Assembly (NCBI GenBank): GCA_016618385.1
Contig: JABFOP010000159.1
Span: 566,555 to 630,554, forward strand
Reading direction: 5' to 3'
DNA length: 64,000 nucleotides
Source of the DNA: Nymphon striatum
Lineage: Eukaryota
How positions within the stretch are numbered: position 1 is the first letter of the stretch; every line of letters begins with the position of its first letter. Positions 49,501 through 60,228 of this stretch are shown in pieces. The notes under the pieces were generated by a model. It ran no database searches, was not told where the DNA came from, and worked only from the letters and a program-made list of their open reading frames with translations. Made by a program: the position numbers and the translations under genes.

Positions 49501-50044
49501 CCTGGAAATATTTTTTCTTAAGTTGCTAATTTTGAACGAGTGATATGAGGAGCGTAACCCACATGAATTTCAGTGTTGTTCTCAATAATGCAATTTGGAC
49601 CCTTTCAGACCCATTTTGGTAAATTTGAGCCTTCTTAAGCTAGAATGCCATGAATTATCTTTTCTTAAGTTACACATTTGTGATAAGTGATATGAGGGGA
49701 TACTTCACCATTAATTTCAGCTTTGTTCCCAAAAGTGTAATTGAGACCCGTTTTGGGACTCTTTTTAGGCCCTTCTTAAGTGCATTTTGCCTGGAAATAT
49801 TTTTTCTTAAGTTGCTAATTCGGAACCAGTGATATGAGGGCTGTAATCCACATAAATTTCAGTGTCGTTCTTAAAAGTGTAAATGAGGGTCCCGTTTTTG
49901 GGGGATTAGGACCCTGCACCTCCTTAAGGCCGGGAATGCAGAACTTAAGAAATGGGTTTTTTTTCATTACCAAAGTACCTTTCATAGTATGAAGCCATCA
50001 AACCTTTCGTTCCCAAAAGTGTAAATGAAACTGGGCTAGCTCCC
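46567..50044. mobile_element. Foldback-like element (~3.5 kb). The long inverted arms (46567-~47530 and ~49340-50044) are themselves tandem arrays of ~135/270-bp subrepeats (…ctcatatcacttatcacaaatgtgtaacttaagaaaagataattcatggcattctagcttaagaagg…). The 1.8-kb centre carries a PIN/FEN-like nuclease gene.
   Basis: Outer 150 bp of each arm are near-perfect reverse complements (gggagctagcccagtttcatttacacttttgggaacgaaaggtttgatggcttcatactatgaaaggtac…). Arm interiors are the same tandem array in opposite orientation. Confidence 0.55.
48064..49109 (-). pseudogene. Frameshifted PIN-domain / FEN1-XPG-like (H3TH) nuclease gene. N-terminal segment (49109-48756: TIIDGNFLMH…RVDILFDTYEEPRIKSNEHERRG), middle segments only in shifted frames (…CYLFGGADGVVDVSEVPRLECNHPDADTRIFLHAF; GDIVVRATDTDISIIRIHY) and a C-terminal segment (48432-48064: …GIHVFTGWDYASFCIRKGKKRPLKIAEE…).
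   Basis: ORFs 48756-49109(-) and 48064-48432(-), plus manual translation of the intervening 320 bp in two other frames. The motifs (IDG…, EADTR-like DADTRI, HAFTGCD…GKGK) resemble a widespread PIN/H3TH nuclease family by memory. At least two frameshifts are required. Confidence 0.4.
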
Positions 50045-51250
50045 TGACTATGATGATCACAGTACGAAAAGGAATCATATATTCCTGTGCGCACAGTAAA
50101 AGTACAGCCATTTTGTTTCTTAATAATGATAGCTAAATCGTTGTTAAATATTATATTATATTAGGAGTACGAATTTATGATTAGCTCGCCGAAATACAAA
50201 GTTGGCTAGTTTTATAAATCTCGTATATCAAATGGGAATTCATTTTGATATAACAATTTGGATGAATATTATACCGAAAAATTGTATTTACAATATTAAC
50301 TCACCTTGATTTGTTGATCAGTTTTGAGAATGAAAAAAGCAGCCGATATTTTTGGCCTTAGGAATTTGTAGTAAATGAATGCAAAATAGTATGAATGAAA
50401 TTATACAGCGCCATAGTTAACTGTTTTCATGTCTCAAAAGTACTAAGATAAATTTAGAAATATCAATTTGTTACATAATCTATGTTTCAGGCATAATTGT
50501 TAATGATATTACCAATATCAAAATATATGTCCTATTAACATATTTTCTTGTAGAACTGTTAAAACATCTCTTAATTAATGGGACTATTTTTATGCAGATT
50601 ATTGATATCTGAAGTATAAAATATTGCTACAAAGGTGTCCTTTGGTCACATGTAATATTGATGAAATGGAAATTGAATCCATAAGTTGTTTTTTTTAATT
50701 ATTTTAAATGTTTTTAAGATATTATGTGTTATAGTAGATATATCTTAGCTATGATATTTTAGAATATACCATACATTATCTTAATAAGTTCTGCGTTAGC
50801 CGGCACTTTAGGAATCGCTGTCTCGGGTATGCATAGGCATTTTTGTCGTGGCACCATGTTTTTCACTCGGGCAGCAAAGGATGGTTGTTGATTGATCAGG
50901 TCTTAAGATAACTTGTGAACAACTTACAGATCTGGAATTTATCAGAAATTTAGTCAGAACTTTTCCCTACATATTTCAATTCACGCATAATTTTTAAGAG
51001 GTCTGGTTGAAGAATGGCGACCATTTTTACTTGTAATTTCATTAGAATTAGATGATTTGTGGTGAGAATTTAATATGTGCATCCATGAATATAAAATATA
51101 AGTTATTCTGAACATTTTGATATATAATATAAATAAAATTTCATAAAAAATAAGCATCTTAAGGTATATTTGAATGACCCGGTGTGTGACTGATTCGTTG
51201 TCGGACTGGGAGTACTGCCATTAGCAACACAATATAATAACAACATAATA

Positions 51251-51921
51251 TAGATGACTTCCGAAACTGGCGCCCTCTGCAGGGAATGACGTCACTAGGA
51301 GTAAAATTCAATCATAACAAAGTACGACACACAGTAATCCATAGCCGAAAACAAATCAACAACATTTAAATTTCAAAATTAACGCAGAAATAATGTCAGC
51401 ATTTCTGCCAAAATTCACACAATCACAGTGAAGACTATCTAGAAGCGTTATAATCAAGGTAAAGTATGATATAGGCAGTTTTATCACAGTTGTATGCCTA
51501 TTTTAACAACTAAATTCGTATCTGTTCCGCAAGCAAGTTTCCCGAAAATTGACATTTACCACATAATCGAGACCTGTCTAGATTGAGAAATAAACACAAA
51601 AGGGTTCTGATAGAGAATAAAAATAAATCCATGAAAAACTATGAAAAAATTATGAAAATAAGATTATGAAAAAAATTAAAAAATTAAAAACTTTATAAAA
51701 TTATTTAACATTTTTTTAATTTATACATTTTTAACACGTATTAAACATGATAAACATAAATAAAAGTGTATTTTTTAAAAATTTCTTCAATTTCATTGAA
51801 ATATATAGTTAATTCTGGGACACCCTGTATAGCTAGCAGCTTAAACTGTGTTTTCTACCTCCTAATGATGCAATAGTGCTGTATTTTTCACTGTAGTTTC
51901 GCCAGTTTCGGAAGTCATCTA
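51251..51921. mobile_element. TA-TSD MITE (Tc1/mariner-type, 671 bp). 24-bp TIR TAGATGACTTCCGAAACTGGCGCC, TA duplications at 51249-50 / 51922-23.
   Basis: Read directly. Family also at 58960-59493 and 16985-17075. Confidence 0.65.
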
Positions 51922-52189
51922 TAAAATAGCCTAGAAAATGTAGAACTAGTAAATCATGAATTTCCTTCTCACTAGATTGCGCCAAATTGTGATATAAATT
52001 TTACCTCCACCATGTACCAACGAACGGCAAACTGTAAACGGATAACGAAAACGGGCAGAAGCCGTTACAGTCCAGTCAATAAAGTTCAAAAAGCACCAAA
52101 ACCGGTAACAAAATGGTGTAAAGCTGAAAATTTGCGCACAACTTCTACGTCAGGTTTAACATATCAAAAATCCGCAAAAATCCCTCTTT

Positions 52190-52800
52190 AGGGATTTTGG
52201 GAATTTGGGCCCAAAGTTTAGCCCCTCTAAAATTGATGACCTTATGACCGCTGATGACCTCTGATGACCTCTGATGACATCTGACGACCTAATTAATTAA
52301 TAAATTTGCATACTGTTGTTTTAGTTTGATTTTTGATAGACCAGCATCATACAATTATTTAGGTGTATAATTTGTTGTTTTATGTCTATCGGTCACCGAA
52401 TTATTTTCTTGTTAGTTTCTCTTACCCCAAAACATCACTTTTTATTGAAAATAGACTTTCTTCCACTTGCCACAGAAACCACATTTTAAAAGATAATAGG
52501 ATAATGGTCAAATTTGTTACTACGAGATATGCATCTAAATAAATTTCAAAAAGAAAACAGAAATATTGCCTATATTCTAAGAATACTAACGAAATATGCG
52601 AACAGGACAGTGATTTTGGGCAAGGCCAAACATTGATGACCTTTTGACCTCTGGTAACCTCATTAATTCGTTAATTTTCATAATGTTGTTTTAGTATGAT
52701 AGACCAGCCTAATACAATTATTTTGGTGAATAATTTGTTGTTTTATGTCCATCGGTCACCGAATTATTGTCATTATAGTTTCCCGTACCCCAAAACGAAA
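52190..52800 (+). repeat. About 1.5 tandem copies of the 29290-29650 repeat family, including the minisatellite (GATGACCTCT)n at 52238-52292.
   Basis: Direct comparison. Confidence 0.65.
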
Positions 52801-54418
52801 GCTCACAAAATTTATTAATGTATTGGCTGCTTTTGATTTTATATGCAGGTTCGAAAGCATAATGAATAAAGGGCATGCCATTTTTGGGCCATCTGGGTCA
52901 AAGGTTAAGGTCACACAAAAAATTTGGCTAATTTTGATGAAATTTTACAGAAATTTATCAAAATACAAAAAATTAACCTAAATTCAAAGTCGGGGTCATC
53001 AAACATGAAATTCCTTCATTTTTCCGTTAGTTTGTCAAAAATAGTGGAGAATTCTTGCAGTTCAGGGAAAAGTATTAGTTATACCTATATAATAACAGTT
53101 TTTATTTTTACAACATCGTGTCCGTCTTGCTTGATAATATTATACTTCTCCAGACGGAGTGTTTCTATCCATTCAATATATCTCTAAAGAATTTTAGCTT
53201 CATTCATGTTTCCAAATCAAACTCCTTTCAGATGACCTTTGAGATTTGAAAACAAAATTAAGCCAAATTGGGCTTCATTTTGGAATAGATGTAGTAGAAT
53301 TTTCTTTCGAAATTTTCGTAGTACATCTCTGACTGGCTGCTCTCGTAAAATGAGCTGAAGCACTCCACCCGACACCATCGTGTTACTTTCCAAATACGTT
53401 TCATAAGAATTTAAATGTCTGCTCTTATCTCAAAGCTGTTGGTTTCTATGGCGTAAAAAAGGAGGTGTATTAATGGTGGAATATCACTGACCATGTCTCC
53501 GTATATAGAGGATATGGAACGGGCTCGAATTTTATATTCTGTTTATCGCACAACCAGAGGCGTAGCTAAGGGAGGCGATGGGGTACATATGTCTCCGGGC
53601 GCTAAAGTACAGGGGCGCCAAAATGAGGCTTGCGGCAGTGAAATCAAGAAAAATAAATCTATTGTAGACTATGTAAATCATTCATCTTTGACAGTAACTG
53701 AGTGAGTCATATGCTATAATTTGTATAATGTTGCTTCTTCTTTAAATACAATGTTCTATTAAAATTTGAATTGTTTTTCTGTATAAAGTAAGGTATATTA
53801 TGTTAATGTAATAGAAAATGTGATTAAAGATGGAGGAGGGGGCGCCAATTTAATGAAATTTGAGACAGAAAAGTTTGGAAGTTGGATGTAAAAGAAATTC
53901 AAGATGGGTGAGAATACGTCACGAAATAAAGAATTTGGTCTAAAACAGCTGGTAAATAAATTCATGGTAGACAAAAATAGCTCATTTTACAGATAATAAC
54001 TTTATTTTTTTAAAAATATATAGCTTGATTATACATTATAGAAAGTTATGAAAAAATATTTTACATATGAAAAGTTATGAAGGAAAAATAAATTTGTGGT
54101 AAGCAACATTCAAAATCTCAGACTTCCTGTGTCTGTAATCGCCAATATAGAACGGGTCCTTATACGATATATATAGGGACGTGTCCTAATACAAGAAATA
54201 TATAACTTCCAAATGCATGCAATAAAGTCAAGGTTGTACGATAAATATAGAGGATATAGAATGAGTGCTCGTTGCTTACGAGATATATGGAACAAGTCAA
54301 CTTTGTTCCATATATCTGATGAGGAACGGGTACGAATTTTATATTCTGTTTATCGCACAACCGACAGGTAGCTTCGAAAAATACAAAATATTCAAATGTG
54401 AGTTGATTCAGGTAATGG

Positions 54419-54952
54419 TGCTGTCACATATCACCGGCTAAGCCCAACGGGCTCATACCGTTTGATTTAAATGACAAGCGGTGATAATCTCTCCGTCCGC
54501 GTTTTTTTAATTTTTTTAGACGTGTACTGAACGTTTCAATACCGTCTCCATGCCAGATCCTTACCGCGTACAGCGTCCTCGTACCAGCCAGTGTCACCGT
54601 GTTGGCCGTTTTCTTGCCGGGTTCACGACATGTAAATTGACACAACTGCAGTACCCGGCATTACCCTAATGCAGGGTAATGCCGGGTCTTGTCGGGTTTT
54701 CGTTTTCTTGCCGGTATGAATATGGAATCACGTCATCAACGGTTTTATAACGGCCTCGTACCGGCCCACCGTCCTTATACCGTCCTCATACCGGTTGTTA
54801 TCGGGTTCCACCGCCGGGTCTCGCCGACCACTAACGGGAACCAACCGTGTTCACCGATCGCTCAACGCCCCGCCGTGTGCCCTCATCGTGTTCCACCGGC
54901 CGCACAAAATTTACCACACGGTAGGCCTACCCGGCACTATGTGACAGCTACA
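54419..54952. repeat. GC-rich inverted-repeat element (~530 bp) in an AT-rich background. 17-bp inverted termini (CTGTCACATATCACCGG / CCGGCACTATGTGACAG), a central palindrome CCCGGCATTACCCTAATGCAGGGTAATGCCGGG, and many short internal repeats (cgtcctcgtaccagcc, ggcctcgtaccggccc, gttttcttgccgg).
   Basis: Read directly. ORFs 54424-54645(-) and 54689-54955(+) are likely spurious. Confidence 0.5.
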
Positions 54953-55080
54953 TAAAAACTTTTACTCGAATTGAGTCTGATTGAACATTCAGTGAAGGAT
55001 TTTAAATTTTTATCATAAGCATCTCGTTCTAATGTTTTTTGGATAATAGTTTCAGAGTTTTTTTTTTTTTTACTTGATAA

Positions 55081-55260
55081 TGACGATACGGCGTCGTCGA
55101 AAAGTTGCGTTATTTTATCTTATTTATTTTTAATAAAATTATTAAAATTAGTAGGTAAATCTCCATACACATAATAGAATGGCTGATAGTATTTGAAGTA
55201 TTTATTACATCACCTTCTACGTCACTATCATAAGATGTAAGAAAGAAATATCTTCTTTTT
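55081..55260 (+). repeat. ~170-bp direct repeat, copy 1. Copy 2 is at 55697-55870. The pair flank the minus-strand SINE copy.
   Basis: gacgatacggcgtcgtcgaaaagttgcgttattttatcttatttatttttaataaaattattaaa… vs …tcgaaaagttcgcgttattttagcttatttatttttaataaaattattaaa… (about 90% identical). Confidence 0.75.
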
Positions 55261-55697
55261 TTTTTGTTTTTTTAAACTGTTATTGCACTAAACTCACATG
55301 AGTTTATGGCAAGTTGGAGGCCGTGTCCATCCGACTGAGAGCAGTGCTTCTCTGTTAGAACTCCGCCATGGTGGGCGCTTTATGTTCTATTTCTGACACC
55401 GCAGTCAAGAATAGGCGTTCCTCGCAGGTGCCCCACTTCACCAGGGTATAGAGAAATGTGTTCTTTAACGTGCAGAGGGTGTGACTCTTCACTAAACGGG
55501 ACCTCCGTTTGACGTCTTATCCGAGGGACGGAGTATTTTCTCTCTAAAACCAGCCTACATCTAACATCAGAGAGGAGAGCACGAGAATACACAACGTAAA
55601 CGGTGAAAAAGTTGTGGGGTTCGAATGAGTTCAGATTCGAACCTGGGTCATTCAAACCCAGAATAAAGATCTTAACCACTCAGCCACCGCGCTTCTC
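55255..55697 (-). mobile_element. Full-length tRNA-derived SINE (~445 bp). tRNA head, body, ~130-bp 3' region and a poly(A) that appears as poly(T) at 55255-55275.
   Basis: Head GAGAAGCGCGGTGGCTGAGTGGTTAAGATC…GGTTCGAATCTGAACTCATTCGAACC on the reverse complement. Full-length partner at 56266-56725. Confidence 0.8.
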
Positions 55698-56265
55698 TAT
55701 CGAAAAGTTCGCGTTATTTTAGCTTATTTATTTTTAATAAAATTATTAAATTAATAGATAAATCTCCATACACATAATAGAATGGCTGATGGGATTTGAT
55801 GTATTTATTACATCATCTTCTACGTCACTATCATAAGATGTAACAAAGAAATATCATTTACACTAACGTTTGTACACTGATAGCAAGCAAGCAGTCTGCT
55901 GCAGTTGTCACTTAGCCCTTTCAACAAAGTTAGTGCTGATGAGAAAGTATCGAATGTCGCTTAATGGATATCCAGGATGTGTGCTGAGACGGCCAAAAAG
56001 CCGCCTCCAACTAAATGAGGATCTAACTGCATTTACTCTTGTCATCCAGCAACAGGGGATAACCGGGAGAAAAAAAAAAACAGTATTCATTCCATTAATA
56101 GAGTTATATGTGTTGCATCAATTTCAAAGTCTACACATAACTTTGTAGTAAATCTTGATAATAACATAGAATACATATATGAAGAGCTGCATTGTTATCG
56201 ATTGGTTCAATTCTGCATGGAAGGTTTGATTGTATTGAGAAAATGTACACTGTAAAACCGGAATG

Positions 56266-56725
56266 GGAGAGCACGGGGGCTGAGTGGTTAAGATCGTTAT
56301 TCTGGGCCGAAAGGACCCAGGTTCGATTCTGATTCGAACCCTACCACTTTTTCACCGTTTACGTTGTGTATTCTCGTGCTCTCCTCTCTGATATTAGATG
56401 TAGGCAGATTTTAGAGAGAAAATACTCCGTCCCTCGGATAGGACGTTAAATGGAGGTCCTGTGTAAAGGAGAGTCACACCCTATGCACGTTAAGTAACAC
56501 ACTTCACTATTCGGAATAAAGAGTAGGGTGATCCTGGTGAAGTGGAAGCACCTAGCGAGGTAGCGCCAATTCTTGACTGCAGTGTGAGGAATAGAAGTTG
56601 CGCCCTGAGTGGCTGCATTTCTGACAAAGAAGCACTGCATTTTCAGTCGGATTGACACGGCCTCCAACATGCCATAAACTCATTGTGTGTTTAGGGCAGT
56701 AAGGTAAAAAAAAAAAAAAAAAAAA
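56266..56725 (+). mobile_element. Full-length tRNA-derived SINE (~460 bp) with an A20 tail, in inverted orientation relative to the 55255-55697 copy.
   Basis: GGGGCTGAGTGGTTAAGATCG (A-box-like) … GGTTCGATTCTGATTCGAACC (B-box-like) … poly(A) 56706-56725. Confidence 0.8.
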
Positions 56726-56779
56726 CGGAATGGTTGTTTTAACCAATCGTAATTGGTTGTAATATCTGTAATATTCCAT

Positions 56780-57150
56780 ATCTCCAAAACTATTTACAGC
56801 TTGCTTGGAAAATGTATATAGATGCCTAAACTGGACTTCTAAAGGATTCCCCATAAATGGCGATAGACTGACCAACCTCAGGTTCGCCGACGATGTAGTC
56901 CTGTTCTCGGAGTTCCCTCAGGAGCTTCAACTTATGGTTGAGGAACTGAGAACTGCCAGTAATAAAGTAGGTTTAGAGATTAATTTGAGGAAGACTAAGG
57001 TCATGTTTAACAGAAATGTAGAAATCCAACCCATTATGACAGGAAATGTGGCCTTGGACCAAGTTGATAGATATATTTATTTAGGACAGCTTATCTACAA
57101 AGACGGGAGCCTGAAGTGAGGCGATGTGTTGCCCTAGGTTGGCAAGCTTT
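56780..57150 (+). mobile_element. LINE family-2 RT fragment (…RLTNLRFADDVVLFSEFPQELQLMVEELRTASNKVGLEINLRKTKVMFNRN…YLGQLI), truncated at both ends. It is followed by the 420-bp repeat 57160-57625.
   Basis: ORF 56805-57119. Paralogous to 36918-37166. Confidence 0.7.
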
Positions 57151-57663
57151 TGGTCGCCTAATTACTAATTATAAAATTCACTAATTATAAAATTAACTAA
57201 TTAATAATAAAATACGAAAATTACTTCTAATTAATCTGTGCAGTAAAATACCCATATAACCTGCTTTGGAGACTCCTCCTGCGAAGCAAAAGCCTCCAAA
57301 TCGCTAGCCAAAGACCAGATATTAATTGTCCTAAGATGGGAGGTTATTTCAGCATACCCTTATTTATTGAGTTTGACAATCAAAAAAATGAAAGTCAAAA
57401 AAATGCAATATTGACACCATTTCTGTCTATAATATTTGTAATTTTGTTGCCAAATGGCATTCCAGATGACATACAAGACAATTCTAGATCGCTAGAATAC
57501 ACTTGACGAGTTAATAGGGCGTAACCTCGGTATGACGTCAAATACTTATAAATTAGACTTTTATTTAACCTCATGTCAGTTTTGAGTTTAAAATTCACAG
57601 TATCTTCGCAGTAACTGTGCCAGAGCGGCTTCCTAAAAGCCTAATCAAATATATCAGAGTAAT

Positions 57664-58625
57664 TTTTATGTAATGCAGTTGTACCACTTCACCGGGACCG
57701 TTCATCCTACTCTTGTTCGAATAGTGAGGTGGGTTCTTTAACGTGCAGAGGGTGTGACTCTCCTTTACAAGAGACCTCCATTAACGTTATTTCCGAAGGA
57801 CGGAGTATTTTTCATCTGAACCAGCTTGCATTTGATTTAGGGGCGCCGGAAGAAATTTTGGGCGGGGGGCAGTTTTCATAAATGGCACTTTATGACATAT
57901 ATATGTTAATGTGTGGTTACAATATATAAGGCTTCTGCAAAAATGCTGGTGTACCAAGAGCCTACCAAGACGTGGAAATACCTTACTATCGCCAATACAA
58001 TCAATATTTATAAAATTCGAAACATAAAATAAGCCAGAGGTAAAAAGCAAAGTAATATTGCAGTGCTTTTCGAGCAATATAATATTTCTCCCTTTTTTTT
58101 TTGTCTTAATGGCAATATTACCACATTTCAAAATAGACAAATAGACAAAATAAAATAAATAAATGTTTTAATGGGTTGGCCCATCTTTGATGAAACCTTA
58201 CATTTTTCTTTGAAATTGAATCTATTTTAAATTAATTTTAATTAATTTCCAAAGCTATCTATCGATTATGTGATAAACAGAAGCCCAAATTGATAAATAG
58301 AAAACGAAAGTTTAAAAATTAACGGAATAGGAAGACATAAGAAAAGACACACATATTTATTCAATGAAAACGAAAATAACAAGAAGACATTTTCAAAATA
58401 CCTATTCTCCCTTTTTTCATAAAAGGTACAAAGCTGCCCCAGCAGCCTCTGTAGTAAGAACACCGGGAGGGCAGCTGCCTCCGTGCTTCCGGCGCCCCTG
58501 ATCTGATTTAGAGAAGAATGCACGATAATACACAACGTAAAGAAATAAGAGCAACAGAGGTTTGAGTGAGATTTGAACCGACCTGTGTCAATCAGACACA
58601 CATCAACTCGGTTACTTGGCTCTTT
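57664..58625 (-). mobile_element. tRNA-derived SINE copy split into 57664-57847 and 58498-58625 by a nested ~650-bp TIR element (57848-58497).
   Basis: The SINE body resumes exactly after the insert (…gcatttgatttag | insert | tgatctgatttagagaagaatgcacgataatacacaac…). Confidence 0.7.
57848..58497. mobile_element. Nested non-autonomous DNA transposon with inverted termini AGGGGCGCCGGAAG… / …CTTCCGGCGCCCCT. It duplicated about 8-9 bp of the SINE target ((C/T)TGATTTAG).
   Basis: TIR and duplicated SINE segment read directly. No transposase ORF (ORF 57787-58140 has no recognisable motifs). Confidence 0.55.
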
Positions 58626-58959
58626 ACTGTCCCTAAATCTTCAAGATTCAACATATTTTTGTAATGATTTGTCCACAAACCACATTATCCAACCTCCGAA
58701 TCCCCAGATCGAGAGTTTCCAATTAGTTCTACCCACCGTACTGATCTTCAAACATTACAAAAGGTTTTTGATCGTTAGCGCAAACGTTGGATTGAATTGG
58801 AATATTTGTCCAGTTGATATAAAAGGTTTTCTTTATTGATATATTGGTGAGAATACATTATATACAAGTTGCAACAAGTTGCAGGAGTACCATGAGTACG
58901 CCTGAATAAGTTTTATGAATGGAAGGTTTAGAATATAATTAGAAACAGGCTTCTATATA

Positions 58960-59493
58960 TAGATGACTTCCGAAACTAGCGCCACCTACAGAGAAAGGTA
59001 AGCGCGATGACTATTTCAATGAAATCCAAGAAATGTTTAAAAAACACACGTTTATTTATGTTTTTTCATAATTTTATTTTCGCAATTTTTCGTAGTTTTA
59101 TTTTTATTCTCTTTCAGAACCCTTTTGTGTTTATTACTAAATCTAGACAGATCTCTATTACGTGGTTAATGTCAATTTTCGGAAACTTGCTCGCGGAACA
59201 GATACACATTTAGTTGTTAAAATAGGCATAAAACTGCGTATATTATACTTTACCTTGCCTTAATGCTTCTTAACCTTAACTTTTTTTAACCTTAAACGCT
59301 TTTAGATAGTCTTCACTGTGATTGTGTGAATTTTGGTAGAAATGCTGTCATTATTTCTGTGTTTATTTTGTAATTTAAACGTTGTTGATTTTTGTTGGCT
59401 ATTGATTACTGTGTGTCGATACTTGTTATGATTGAATTTACCTCCCTTTGACGTCACTCCCTTATAGGTGGCGCTAGTTTCGGAAGTCATCTA
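58960..59493. mobile_element. Second copy of the TA-TSD MITE (534 bp). TIR TAGATGACTTCCGAAACTAGCGCC, TA at 58958-59 / 59494-95. Internally inverted relative to the 51251 copy.
   Basis: Read directly. Confidence 0.65.
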
Positions 59494-59554
59494 TAGGAAG
59501 GAAAGTCAGTATAGATCAAAATAAGAAGGGGAGAAATATGGCCTGAAGTTCATC

Positions 59555-59590
59555 ATCATCGTCATCATCATCATCATCATCAACTTTAAC
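59555..59590 (+). repeat. (CAT)n microsatellite.
   Basis: catcatcatcgtcatcatcatcatcatcatc. Confidence 0.9.
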
Positions 59591-59725
59591 AAGGCCCACT
59601 GCTGAGCAAAGGCCTCTCTTCTAGATATCCAGTCCTCTCTATCATCAGATGCTTTTAATTTAGAGGACTTCTAGTAACGTTACACTCACCACGCTGCCCC
59701 AATTACGTGTTGATGAGGGACTCAT

Positions 59726-60003
59726 TTTTTTTGTAATGCAAGTGTATCACTTCACCGGGACCGTCTACCCTACTCTTGTTTTAATAGTGAAGTGGGTTCT
59801 TTAACGTGAAGAGGGTGTGACTCTCTTTTACACGGGACTTCCATTAACGTCCTATCCGAGGGACGGAATATTTTCTCTCTAAAACTAGCCTGCATCCCGA
59901 ATCAGAGAGGAGAATACACAACGATAATGATGAAAACGTGGAGGGTTCGAATGAGTTTCGAACTCGAAATAGTCCGGCAGCCAAGCCACTGAACCTGCCT
60001 AAG
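59726..60003 (-). mobile_element. tRNA-derived SINE copy with a poly(T) at 59726-59733.
   Basis: Body match (gtgggttctttaacgtgaagagggtgtgactctc…ggagggttcgaatgagtttcgaac). Confidence 0.7.
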
Positions 60004-60105
60004 ATGTCCATAATTTTCTTTTTATCAGTGTTTTTTAAAGTACAGAGTATGGATGTTCAAAAAACACCGCGTGACATCTTGTCAACCTCGAGCATCTTGA
60101 TCACC

Positions 60106-60160
60106 CAAATATCACCCAAATATCACCCAAATATCACCCAAATATCACCCAAATATCACA
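60106..60160 (+). repeat. 11-bp tandem repeat (CAAATATCACC)×5.
   Basis: Read directly. Confidence 0.9.
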
Positions 60161-60228
60161 ACCCATTTTCACCCTAAAAATAATCTACCTGACATTTCTC
60201 GAACCTAGAAACGTTCTGTCATACTAGA

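Noticed and set aside
60106-60160. Short regularly spaced direct repeats that might be read as CRISPR-like
   Set aside because: Pure 11-bp tandem repeat with no unique spacers. The genomic context is eukaryotic (introns, LINEs, SINEs).
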